A DNA stretch of 63,186 nucleotides, filler included, from Octopus bimaculoides (taxonomy: Eukaryota), in the NCBI RefSeq assembly GCF_001194135.2. It is 5 parts of 5 records of this genome, joined end to end, with 100 filler letters (N's around TTAATTAATTAA, not from the genome) between each part and the next. Parts side by side here need not be neighbours in the genome. Positions count along the whole stretch, not along the records: positions 22,050 to 41,043 come from NC_069005.1; positions 41,144 to 46,542 come from NC_068988.1; positions 46,643 to 61,610 come from NC_068999.1; 2 more parts are not named here. One strand, written 5' to 3'. Of the stretch, positions 38,083 to 48,982 are shown one piece after another. The first letter of the stretch is position 1; every line of letters starts with the position of its first letter. The notes beneath the pieces are model-generated. The model saw nothing but the letters and a program-made list of their open reading frames with translations, did no database searches and was not told the origin of the DNA. A program made the position numbers and the translations under genes.

Positions 38083-39071
38083 GTATCATCATCATCATCA
38101 TCGTTTAACGTCTGCTTTCCATGCTTTCATAGATTGGACGATTTGACTGAGGACTGGTGAACCAGGTGGCTGCACCAGGCTCCAATCTGATCTGGCAGAG
38201 TTTCTAAAGCTGGATGCCCTTCCTAACGCCAACCACTCTGAGAGTGTAGTGGGTGCTTTTTATGTACCATCGGCATGAGGGCCAGTCACACGGTACTGGT
38301 AATGGCCACGCTCAAAATGGTGTTTTTTACGTGCCACCTGCACAGGAGCCAGTCCAGCGGCACTGGCAACGATCTCGCTCGAATGATTTTCTAAGTGCCA
38401 ACACACACACAGACACACACGTAGACACACAGAGGTTTGGCCAAAAGTCACCTGACAGTAAATCAAAACCATTTAATTCCAAGATTTATTTATGTTTAAC
38501 AACTGAAAGAATTTCATAAAAGCATCTAAATGAGAATCAACATGAAAATTGTTCAAACTGAAGTCCTTCTTGAGTGACACCATTTTTCTATACAGAATAA
38601 CAGATAGAATTTATGGAATTTTGGTTTACTGTTGGGTGACTTTTGGCCAACCCTGTGTATATGTATTGGGGAGATGGTGGTGGTGGTGGTGGTGTCACTG
38701 TTAATTATTATTTAACGAGAGGGATGAAGGGAGGAGAGCAGTGAGGGGTCGGGGTCAGTGTTGTTGTTCAAACATCTGAAAATTGATGTCTGCAGAGAAA
38801 ACATAAAATGGCAGGAATTTCAGAAGGTTGTAAGTTTAATCTTGTGAAGGTGCATGGTGTAGTGGTTAGGGGTATTCAGCTCACGAGCGTAAGGTCGTGA
38901 GTTCAATTCCCAGCGAGATGTTGTGTCCTTGAGCAAGACACTTTATTTCACATTGTTCCATTCCGCACAGAGATTTGGCTGCTGTTTCTAGCAAGTTGAG
39001 CAACCACACAGAGGATCCCATTGTTGTTGTTTGTCAAAGTGGTAGTATTTACCAGAGCTTTTCTGTTCCAG

Positions 39072-39146
39072 GAGTAAATATTTGACCGTTCAAGACCTGC
39101 AGACTTTGGCCACTAATGTCCAGCCCAATACAACACCAACTGCCCG
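39072..39146 (+). CDS. CHTF18: CHTF18 coding exon 15 (SKYLTVQDLQTLATNVQPNTTPTA)
   Basis: ttccag acceptor, GTAAGT donor; phase 2/2 joins exons 14 and 16 in frame. Confidence 0.82.
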
Positions 39147-39928
39147 GTAAGTCAACTGATCTCTTTATTGTGTTCTCTGTTGTTTGCGTAATTCCTTTGT
39201 AAGTTCGTCCAAGTAAGAAGCTGCCTCAACTCCTTGGTCTGTGACCAACCGTGACTCGAACTACTCTCTAACACTCATCTCCAATCTTTATCATGACTCA
39301 TTGACTCTCTTACTGTGATGCAACACGATGACTCACTGACTCATCAGAATGACACAACAGCGTGTCATATTGCACCATAGCTGTTCACCCCAGACTTAGA
39401 AGATGTGAGACAAAGAAACAGATTGATGCCACCAGATGTGAGATAGAGTTTCTGGTGTGGCTACGGGCCTCAGAAGCTTGTTTACCAACCTAACGCCAAC
39501 CACGCCGAGATTATAGTGGGTGCTTTTTACATGCCACTGGCACAGGGGCCAGAGGAGTTGGCATCAACCACAATCAGATGGTGCTTTTTATATGCCACGG
39601 CATGGAAGCCAGTCAAGGTGGCACTGGCATCGGCCATGTTTGGATGGTGCTTTTCACATGCCACCAGCACGGGGACCACAACTACAATTTCCATTTGATT
39701 TGATATTGATATTGATGTACTTGACCCAATAGGTCTCCTCAAGCACGGCATGTCGCCCTACAATCCAAGGTACTTTTGAGTGGGCAGGTTATGCGACACT
39801 GGTTGACGGTATCTGCATTGACAGAGGTGGACAACATCCCTATTTAGCATCAGTTTTGGTCCAGAGATGGTAATAATGTTCTTTGGGTCGAGTCTATCTC
39901 ACTCTGTGGATCGTCTTCTTTCTTGCAG

Positions 39929-40040
39929 ATTCCAGAACATTCTACAGTCCACCTATGCTGCTGGTGAATTCGACAAGATATTACACGGCCTCTTTCAAAA
40001 TTACCTCGAAGTCAAGTTTAAGGACCCGAAAATGGGAGGA
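39929..40040 (+). CDS. CHTF18: CHTF18 coding exon 16 (RFQNILQSTYAAGEFDKILHGLFQNYLEVKFKDPKMGG)
   Basis: ttgcag acceptor, GTAAGT donor; GExxKIxxGLFxNY block. Confidence 0.94.
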
Positions 40041-40240
40041 GTAAGTTTAAATTGCTCACCCTTCTCATTGTTTTGTTTTTATTGTTGTTGTTCACACACC
40101 ATGAAGATATAAGACTGAGCCGTTTCTCATCTCTCGTCTACTGTCTCTGTCTCAATGTCTAACCCCATTTCTTGAGAAGTGGGGCTGTCCATTTGCGGGT
40201 CAACTTGGGGAAAGTGTTTTTTAAAATTTATTTATTTCTG

Positions 40241-40472
40241 TTAATCTTTTAATCTTTCTGTTAATCTTTTAATCTTTCTGTTAATCTTTAAATCTTTTTG
40301 TTAATCTTTTAATCTTTCTGTTAATCTTTTAATCTTTCTGTTAATCTTTAAATCTTTCTGTTAATCTTTTAATCTTTCTGTTAATCTTTCTGTTAATCTT
40401 TTAATCTTTCTGTTAAACTTTAAATTTTTCTGTTAATCGTTTAATCTTTCTGTTAATCTTTTAATCTTTCTC
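40241..40472 (+). repeat. 20-bp minisatellite (TTAATCTTTTAATCTTTCTG), 11 full units plus one partial
   Basis: Read directly; ends 7 nt before the AG acceptor of CHTF18 exon 17. Confidence 0.92.
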
Positions 40473-40481
40473 CATTGTTAG

Positions 40482-40652
40482 ATTAACATGGCTCTTGATT
40501 GGTTGGGTTTTGTTGATGAGATTAACTGCTACATTCATTCGAACCAAGATTATACGATGATGCAGTACCGTCCCTACCTGTGCGTTGTGTTTCACTTCAT
40601 GTTTGCCTCAAACACGCACCCCAAAATACTCTACCCTCATCAAAACACTGAG
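40482..40652 (+). CDS. CHTF18: CHTF18 coding exon 17 (INMALDWLGFVD...YPHQNTE); gene continues beyond the assembly join
   Basis: tgttag acceptor, GTAAGT donor, no stop; ALDWLxFxD and YxPY..FH.F motifs; no later exon recognised. Confidence 0.94.
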
Positions 40653-41043
40653 GTAAGTGTACGTTTGTGAGGGGCTGCGGTGGGGACTGGGGGTGAGGAT
40701 GTTCTAGTTTCCATTGGTTTTGACGATAAACGGTCGTGGCTGTGTGGTTAAGAAGCTTACTTCCCCAACCATATGGTCTTGGGTTCAGTCCCGCTGTGTG
40801 GCACCTTGGGTGAGTGATATGATAGCCCTCGGTCTACCCAAGCCATGTGAGTGGATTGGGTAGATGGAAACTGAAAGAAGCCTATAATGTATGTACATGT
40901 GTATGTATATATAAATATATATATATATATGTATATCATCATATATAGTGTGTGTGAATAGGTATGTATATATATTTTGTGTGTGTATATATATTGTGTG
41001 TGTATCATCATCATCATCATCATCGTTTAACGTCCGCTTTCCA

Positions 41044-41143
41044 NNNNNNNNNNNNNNNNNNNNNNNNNNNNNNNNNNNNNNNNNNNNTTAATTAATTAAN
41101 NNNNNNNNNNNNNNNNNNNNNNNNNNNNNNNNNNNNNNNNNNN
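41044..41143. other. Artificial scaffold-join spacer; truncates CHTF18
   Basis: 44 N + TTAATTAATTAA + 44 N. Confidence 0.95.
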
Positions 41144-41627
41144 TGTGGTGATGGGACGCTAATGAGGGTTGGTATGAGTGGTAATGGTGGTGATGGCGGT
41201 GGCGGCGGCGGTGGTAGTGGTGATGGTTTATAAATGTACATTAGTATTCAGAACGTAGTAGTAGTAGTAGCAGGGGAGGAGTAGTAGGAGGAGGAGTCTG
41301 GAATATGTTTACACTAGTACTGTTGCTTAGAATGATGATGATGATGATGATGATGATGATATAGTAATGATGCTGATGTGAACAATGATGTGGATAACGA
41401 TGATGATGATAGTGTTGCTGGCTGGTGCTGGTAATTGCCGTACTGCTGCTTTGCGGTGGTGGTGCTGCTGTTGGGGGGGGGGTGATATTGCTGTGTCTTG
41501 GTGCGTAGAGGACCGACTATAATGGCGTTGTAATAATGGCGGTGATCGCAGTGGCAGTGGCAGTTGTAACGGCGAAATTGTGATGGTGTTGGAGGTAGTA
41601 TATATAATGATGTTTGCTCTGATTGTA

Positions 41628-41861
41628 TTGGGTTGTCCGGAAAGTTCGTGCCGATTTTTAAGGTGGGGGGAAAAAAAGGTCAAAAAATATTTGCCATTAC
41701 ATTTTTAAATCAACCAAATATGAACCATTTTGTTGCACAATGCGTCTCCATTTTTTCCTTTAACTTGAAAATACCCTCTTCCCAGAATTGAGGTGGTTTC
41801 ATGGCAAATGAGTCCAAAGGTAAGCTACTATAAATCGGCACGAACTTTCCGGACAACCCAA
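41628..41861. mobile_element. Mariner-derived MITE with perfect 30-bp TIRs and TA target duplication
   Basis: ttgggttgtccggaaagttcgtgccgattt with its exact reverse complement; TA on both sides; interior encodes a mariner C-terminus (FWEEGIFKL..WRRIVQQNGSY) on minus. Confidence 0.92.
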
Positions 41862-43270
41862 TATATTGAATCATCTGTGATAGCTGTTGTTTTCGTCGCT
41901 GTTTGTTCTTGTTGTTGTTGTGAGACTATTACAAGTTGTCTTTGTTGCCGCCATCATTGTTGTCGTTGTTGTTACTGTCTTTTAGCCCCACGCCAGCCAG
42001 TCCTAACCTATCATGTCTATGATCAAACACATTCCGTCCATGACCATCCTATATTTTCTTTGTGTACTAAGGAACTCAGGATCACGTTACACAACGCATG
42101 CCTTTTCTTAAGGCAGTGTAATTTGAGAGCGATTTGGCTGTTGTTTCTAGCAAGTCGAACGACCGCGTAAAGATACCTCTTGTTAACTCCCGATGGTGTT
42201 GGTAGTGATGTTAGTGATGATGGTGGTGACGGTGGTGGTGGTGGATGCTGGTTGGTGACGTTGTCCGGGGTGAAGGTGCAATGGGTCTGCACAGTGAGGG
42301 GCGGCAGTGGTGGCGCAGGTAACGGCGGAGGGGTTTAGTTCAGAGATAGGGATAAGGNNNNNNNNNNNNNNNNNNNNNNNNNNNNNNNNNNNNNNNNNNN
42401 NNNNNNNNNNNNNNNNNNNNNNNNNNNNNNNNNNNNNNNNNNNNNNNNNNNNNNNNNNNNNNNNNNNNNNNNNNNNNNNNNNNNNNNNNNNNNNNNNNNN
42501 NNNNNNNNNNNNNNNNNNNNNNNNNNNNNNNNNNNNNNNNNNNNNNNNNNNNNNNNNNNNNNNNNNNNNNNNNNNNNNNNNNNNNNNNNNNNNNNNNNNN
42601 NNNNNNNNNNNNNNNNNNNNNNNNNNNNNNNNNNNNNNNNNNNNNNNNNNNNNNNNNNNNNNNNNNNNNNNNNNNNNNNNNNNNNNNNNNNNNNNNNNNN
42701 NGTGGTGGTGGTGGTGTCGGTGGTGGTGGTGGTGGTGGTGGACGCTGTGTAGTGTATGAGTGGTAGGGGGCGAGACATGAGTGGTACGGTGTGGCGTGTT
42801 GTGTTGTGGTGCGGTGTGTGTGACGTCAGTGAATGGGGTGAAACTGATAGGGGCCCTGTGGCAATAATTCTTCTTAGCGCCACACATTTTTTTGTTTTGT
42901 TTTGTGTTTTAAGCCAAGGTATTTAAATCAACAACTATAAGCGCAGAAACAACAACAACAGCAACAACAACATTAGCACCGCTAACAACAATAGTGGTGG
43001 CTATAAACACGATAAAAGCAATAATAGCTAGCAATATGAAAAGAATAAAATGCTGCAATTATAAAACAATGGCGGCAACAAACAACAAGAATAACACCAG
43101 CAGCAGCAACAACAACAATAACAACATTGGCAGCAACGAAAACAGCAGCAGCAACAGCCATATCAAATAAAAAAAACAACAGCAACTCATGAGGAATAAC
43201 GTTGACTGATGAGAGAGACATCGAGTTATCTTCTCCTTGTTGCTGGTGACGTTGCTGTTGTTGCGGTGGC

Positions 43271-43318
<48 letters not shown>

Positions 43319-43865
43319 GCTGCAGATCGACACCAACGACTAGGCGTATGATTGGAGATATTTCCAGCCGTGACAATCTCGTCTTGTTCTTTTTTTTTCT
43401 TTTTCGTTTTTCTTTTTTCTTTTTTTTATTTATTATTGGTCATGTCACTAGTTTATTTCACAGGTGGAGGAATGATTATAATAGGATTAGAAGAAAGAAA
43501 GAAGGGAAGAAAGAAAGAAAGGAAGAAAGGAAGGAAGGAAGGAAAAAAAGAAGGAAGGAAAAAAGAAGGAAAGATAGAAAGAAAATGCATTCAGAATTAC
43601 CACTCTTAGTCACAATTGCGCTATTTCAGTTCTCTCTCTCTCCCTCCCTCTCTCTTTCCCTCCTTATCTCTCTCCCTCTCAGTCTGTCTTCGTCTCTCTC
43701 TCTTCGTCTCTCTCTCTCTTCGTCTCTCTGCCTCTCCCTTTCTCTCTCTCTCTCTCTCTCTCTCACTTTGCCCCTTTCTACCGTTTCTATCATGGCCTCT
43801 ATTCCTCAGAGTTGACCAGGTACATGCCTTCACTATTGAAATGTTCTTGACCCGATGAAGACGCG

Positions 43866-44169
43866 TTGCAAAGTGGTCAGGGGTGTTCACCTCACGATCG
43901 AAAGGTCGTGAATTCGATTGCTGGCAGTGCATTGTCTCCTTGATCAAGACGCTGTTTTTCGCTTTGTTCCAGTCCACTCGGCTATCAAAACCTGTAATTC
44001 AAAGAGCCGGCCTCGTCACATTCTGTGTCATACTGAATCTCCCTGAGAACTTCATTAAGGGTACGTGTGTATGTGGTGTGCTCAGCCACTTGCACGTTAA
44101 TTTCACGAGCAGGCTGTTCCGTTTAATTGGATCAACTATAACATTCATCGTCGTAACCGACGGAGTGCC
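43866..44169 (+). mobile_element. SINE family D (tRNA-Val-like head), near full length
   Basis: gttcacctcacgatcgaaaggtc resembles tRNA-Val(CAC); ttgtgtccttgagcaagacacttt core; copies near 20166-21035 (split), 25508-25720, 38855-38960; alternative-tail variant at 29385-29712 (+) and 47325-47552 (-). Confidence 0.8.
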
Positions 44170-44407
44170 GGATTTTTCTTTTTCTTCTTTTTTTCAGTTC
44201 TTGACCCGTTTATTTCTCATCCTACTATCACCCTTGTTTATTTAACCTCCACGAGGCACCTCATTAACTATCCACTACGTCCAGTCTCTCTTTATTTCCT
44301 ACTAAAATGTCAGCTCTTTGGAATTCCCACTCAGCTTAGGTCTCTCCTATAGGAGTTAACTTACAAAGAATCAAGGAGTAACATTAATGGTATCAATATC
44401 AATGTAC

Positions 44408-44548
44408 GGTAAGTAGCTTGCATACCAACCACATGGTTCCGGGTTAAGTCCCACTGCGTGGCACGTTGGACAAGTGTCTTCTACTATAGCCTCGGGCCGA
44501 CCAAAGCCTTGTGAGTGGATTTGGTAGACGGAAACTGAAAGAAGCCCG

Positions 44549-44611
<63 letters not shown>

Positions 44612-44830
44612 CATGTGTGTGTGTGTGTGTGTGTGTTTGTGTTTGTCCCCCCAACATCCCTGGACAACCGATGCTGGTGTGTTTACGTCCTCGTAACTTA
44701 GCGGTTCGGTAAAAGAGACCGATAGAATAAGTACTAGGCTGCCAAAGAATAAGTCCTGGGGTCGATTTGCTCGAATAAAGGCGGTGCTTCAGCATGGCCA
44801 CAGTCAAATGACTGAAACAAGTAAAAGAGT
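44408..44830 (+). mobile_element. SINE family A, near full length, with an internal (TA)n(TG)n microsatellite
   Basis: tRNA-like head (ggtaag.agcttgc...ggttcagtcccactgcgtggcac), CORE-like cacgttggacaagtgtctt, microsatellite, tail ending gactgaaacaagtaaaagag; more than 15 full or partial copies in the window (e.g. near 2860, 3650, 17122, 18690, 21775, 40735, 53840, 62970). Confidence 0.88.
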
Positions 44831-45529
44831 AATATCACAGGTCTAGGAAGGTAGTTAGCTGGCAGAATGGTTAGCATGCAGAGCAATATGCCTGAGTTCA
44901 AATTCCGATGAGGTCGACTTTGCCTTTCATCCTTTCGGGGTCGATAAATTAAGTACCAGTTGCGTACTAGGGTCGATCTAATCGACTGGCCTCCTACTCC
45001 AAAATTTCGAGCCTTGTACCAAAACTTTGAAGGAACTATCGCTGGGTAGGGCGAGCTGGGTAGGATCGTTTATGTCTCGGAGAAAATACATTACGACTTT
45101 TTTTTTTTGTTGTTTTCCAAAAATTTTACGCTCTGTACTCAAATTCCACCGAAGTCAACTTTGATTTTTCATCTCTTTTGGAATCAATAAAATAACGTAT
45201 TTATCAAGTACCGGGGTCGACGGTATTAACTAATCCACTTCTTAAAATTTCTGGGCATGTGCCTAGAACAGAAAGCATTATTCTTGTTTTCCAAAATATT
45301 CATTCATAACCTTTTTTCATAATCTTTTCTTTTTCCATAATCTTCTTCTTTATCATCATCATCTTCTTCTTCTTCTTCTTCTTCTTCTTCTTCTTCGTCT
45401 TCTTCTCCGTTTTATCTTTCTAATTTTCTTTCTTACCGTTCTCTCGTTTCTATTTCTTTTCTTCACTTATTAATTGTACGTCTGCTAGAGCTACTGCTGC
45501 TGCTACTACTACTACTATTACTACCACTA

Positions 45530-45565
<36 letters not shown>

Positions 45566-45907
45566 TTATTACTCATTATTTCATTTCGGGCTATTGAGAG
45601 AACTGTTAGTACCAGTTATATTCGGTGATCAGTTGACAATATTCTGCTCCTAAATATTCATGGCATTATATCAATGCAAACAAACGTCATCAACGTCATC
45701 ACCATCATTGCTATATTAGTCAACAAGGAATCCTGCAAGTGAGAATAGAAATAACAGCGAAATTCCCCTCAAATAAAATGCACGTAATCTTAAAACGTAA
45801 AGGATACATTCGGTAATATAATCTGAGGTACCACTGTAAAGATGAATTGGTCAAATGTGGAATGCCCTTGACCATAGTCCAACTCTACCAAGGTTCACGA
45901 TAACTTT

Positions 45908-46229
45908 ATTATTTACATTAGACGGATATTTGTTCTCATCTTGTTTGTTGTTAACACAACGTTTCGGCTGATATACCCTCCAGCCTTCATCAGGTGTCTT
46001 GGGGAAATTTCGAAATTAGGTTCTCATTCCTAAGGTATTTTTCGATGTTATTGCTATAATTATAATTATTATTATTATCATTATTATTGTTCAGATCACT
46101 GCGTGGAATCGAACTCGGAATCTTGGGGTTAGTAGTCCGCGCTCTTAACCACTACGCCATATGCCCGATGAGGACAAATATCCGTCTAATGTAAATAATG
46201 TACATAATACCTCATTTCTTAAATATAGA
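45908..46229 (-). mobile_element. tRNA-headed, hammerhead-bearing non-autonomous retroelement with an inverted copy of its tail (Penelope-like architecture)
   Basis: A box TGGCGTAGTGG (46159-46149), B box GAGTTCGATTCC (46116-46105), (AAT)n linker, hammerhead; 33-bp inverted repeat with one mismatch at 45908-45940 and 46167-46199. Confidence 0.7.
45953..45998 (-). ncRNA. Type I minimal hammerhead ribozyme, Penelope-associated dimeric variant
   Basis: Minus strand GACAC-CUGAUGA-A-GGCUG-GAGGGUAUAU-CAGCC-GAAA-CG-UU-GUGUU: conserved core, 5-bp stem II, 5-bp stem I (one G.U), self-complementary AACGUU in place of stem III; predicted cut after GUU between 45958 and 45957. Confidence 0.8.
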
Positions 46230-46542
46230 AATTTATCATTGTTTATATTGCCATATCATTAGCATGCCGGTTGAAAATACTTACTGCTATTTTGTCTATC
46301 TTTACGCTCTGAGTTCAAATTCCGCCGAGGTCGACTTTGCCTTCCATCCTTTCAGGGTCGATAAATTAAGTATCAGTAAAACATGGGTCGATGAAATCGA
46401 CTAGTCCCCTCCCCAAACATTTCAGGCCTTGTGCCTTTAGTAGAAAGGATTATCAAGGCGGTGAGCTGGCAGAATCACTAGCTGGCACGCCGGGCGAAAT
46501 GCTTAGCGATATTTCGTGTGTCTTCGTGTTCTGAGTTCAAAT

Positions 46543-46642
46543 NNNNNNNNNNNNNNNNNNNNNNNNNNNNNNNNNNNNNNNNNNNNTTAATTAATTAANN
46601 NNNNNNNNNNNNNNNNNNNNNNNNNNNNNNNNNNNNNNNNNN
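46543..46642. other. Artificial scaffold-join spacer
   Basis: 44 N + TTAATTAATTAA + 44 N. Confidence 0.95.
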
Positions 46643-47262
46643 TATTTATTTATTTTTTAATCTGCTGTTGTGATTTTGTTCTTGTTGTTGTTATTGATGT
46701 TGATATTCCTGTTGCTGTTGTTGTTGTTGTCGTTGTTTATGTCGTCGTTGTTGTTGTTGGTGGTGGTGGTGGTGGTGGTGGTGGTCGTCGTCGTGGTATT
46801 GGTGGTGGTGATGGTGTTAGTGTTGTCGCTTATTATTCATGCTGTTACTTTTGTTGTTGCTGTTATTACATTTGTTACAGTTTTTGTTTTTTTTAAGTTC
46901 CTGCCAATGTTAAAGACGGCGGCAGGGATAACGACGACGATGATAAAATTCGAGGTGGTGGTCACAGGAATGCTTATGGCAATCATGACAATGATGATGA
47001 TGATCGGTTGGTCGGAGGAAAAGCAGTTTATACAAAGCATAACTCTGCCTTCTTATAGCCCCGGGCCAATCGATGCCTTATGAATGAATTTGGCTGTTGG
47101 AAACTGTGAGGAAGCTCGTCATCTATGTATATACGTGTGTGTGTTCTTTTATTCTTTTATTCTTTTATATGTTTTTGAAACTCCCTTCATCATATGCATG
47201 TATATATGTATATATATTTTATATACATATGTATATATATATATGTATATATGTATATATAT

Positions 47263-47313
<51 letters not shown>

Positions 47314-48097
47314 TTTGTATATGTTGGTTGCTGAGACCCCCTTCGGTCATGACTGACCATAGGATTGCACCTAGAAAGTTACCCTCCCAGGCACAAGTCG
47401 AGGCCAAGTTGTTTTATGGAAGACCAGCAATCGCCCATGCAAACCATGCCTCCCCTCTCCACGCCACCAGTGTTATCCAAGGGAAAGGCTGATACAGCTT
47501 GGCACCTGTGATGTTGCAACTCATTTCTACAGCTGAGGGAACTGGAGCAACANNNNNNNNNNNNNNNNNNNNNNNNNNNNNNNNNNNNNNNNNNNNNNNN
47601 NNNNNNNNNNNNNNNNNNNNNNNNNNNNNNNNNNNNNNNNNNNNNNNNNNNNNNNNNNNNNNNNNNNNNNNNNNNNNNNNNNNNNNNNNNNNNNNNNNNN
47701 NNNNNNNNNNNNNNNNNNNNNNNNNNNNNNNNNNNNNNNNNNNNNNNNNNNNNNNNNNNNNNNNNNNNNNNNNNNNNNNNNNNNNNNNNNNNNNNNNNNN
47801 NNNNNNNNNNNNNNNNNNNNNNNNNNNNNNNNNNNNNNNNNNNNNNNNNNNNNNNNNNNNNNNNNNNNNNNNNNNNNNNNNNNNNNNNNNNNNNNNNNNN
47901 NNNNNNNNNNNNNNNNNNNNNNNNNNNNNNNNNNNNNNNNNNNNNNNNNNNNNNNNNNNNNNNNNNNNNNNNNNNNNNNNNNNNNNNNNNNNNNNNNNNN
48001 NNNNNNNNNNNNNNNNNNNNNNNNNNNNNNNNNNNNNNNNNNNNNNNNNNNNNNNNNNGAGAGGGGGAGAGAGAGAGAGAGAGAGGGAGAGAGATAA

Positions 48098-48098
<1 letters not shown>

Positions 48099-48163
<65 letters not shown>
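48099..48163. repeat. (GATA)n microsatellite
   Basis: Read directly. Confidence 0.95.
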
Positions 48164-48164
<1 letters not shown>

Positions 48165-48273
48165 TACGCACACACGCATATATATGCTCATATATAAATT
48201 CATATATAAAGTCACACCCACACACAAACTTACACACACACACATAGAGGCACACACACACACACACATAGAG

Positions 48274-48308
<35 letters not shown>

Positions 48309-48949
48309 TGTGTGTACTTGTGTAAGCTGGAGGACGTCACGCTGATCGGTGGCATGAACATCGATAAAGCGGAACGGACTGACACTCCTTTCGTGATGCT
48401 CGTTGTCGGAATTGCAATGGAACTCGAGATCGGTGAGTAAAGAAACACATGATTAAAATGCTGCCATTGTTTCACAAATTCGCCTCGTATATTAAAAATA
48501 TGCCTAAAATGTATATCCGTGAATATGTGCGCTCGTGATTGTGGGGGAGTGTATAGAATTTAGTACGTTCTCGTGAGAGTATGGATATGTAATACTTCAA
48601 GTGGCCAACGGAAGCACTTAAGCATCATGCGCCATAACAATGGCGAAGACGGTCTTCCTTGTTTCATTAACGTAATGCGTAGTTTATTATCTTTTGTTGG
48701 GGGCTTAAATGAGAGACTTGGCGAGGTTACACATTCTAGAATGGTCTCTTCAATTCTGTAGAGAGAGCCACTAAATGACCAGCTAATTACTACAAGGCCA
48801 ACAACAAATTTTACCTCTGTCTATGTGTGTACGTGTATAGCCATGTGTGTAAGTATGCATGTATATACATCAATGTATGTATATCTATATGTGTGTGTGT
48901 ATGTGTGTGCCTGTGTCTTCACGTGTGTGTGTATATATGTATATGTATA

Positions 48950-48982
<33 letters not shown>

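Noticed and set aside
40241-40472. CRISPR-like array
   Set aside because: Contiguous tandem units with no unique spacers, no cas genes, eukaryotic intron.
46095-46166. Functional tRNA gene
   Set aside because: A and B boxes are intact but anticodon, T and acceptor stems do not pair; treated as a SINE head.
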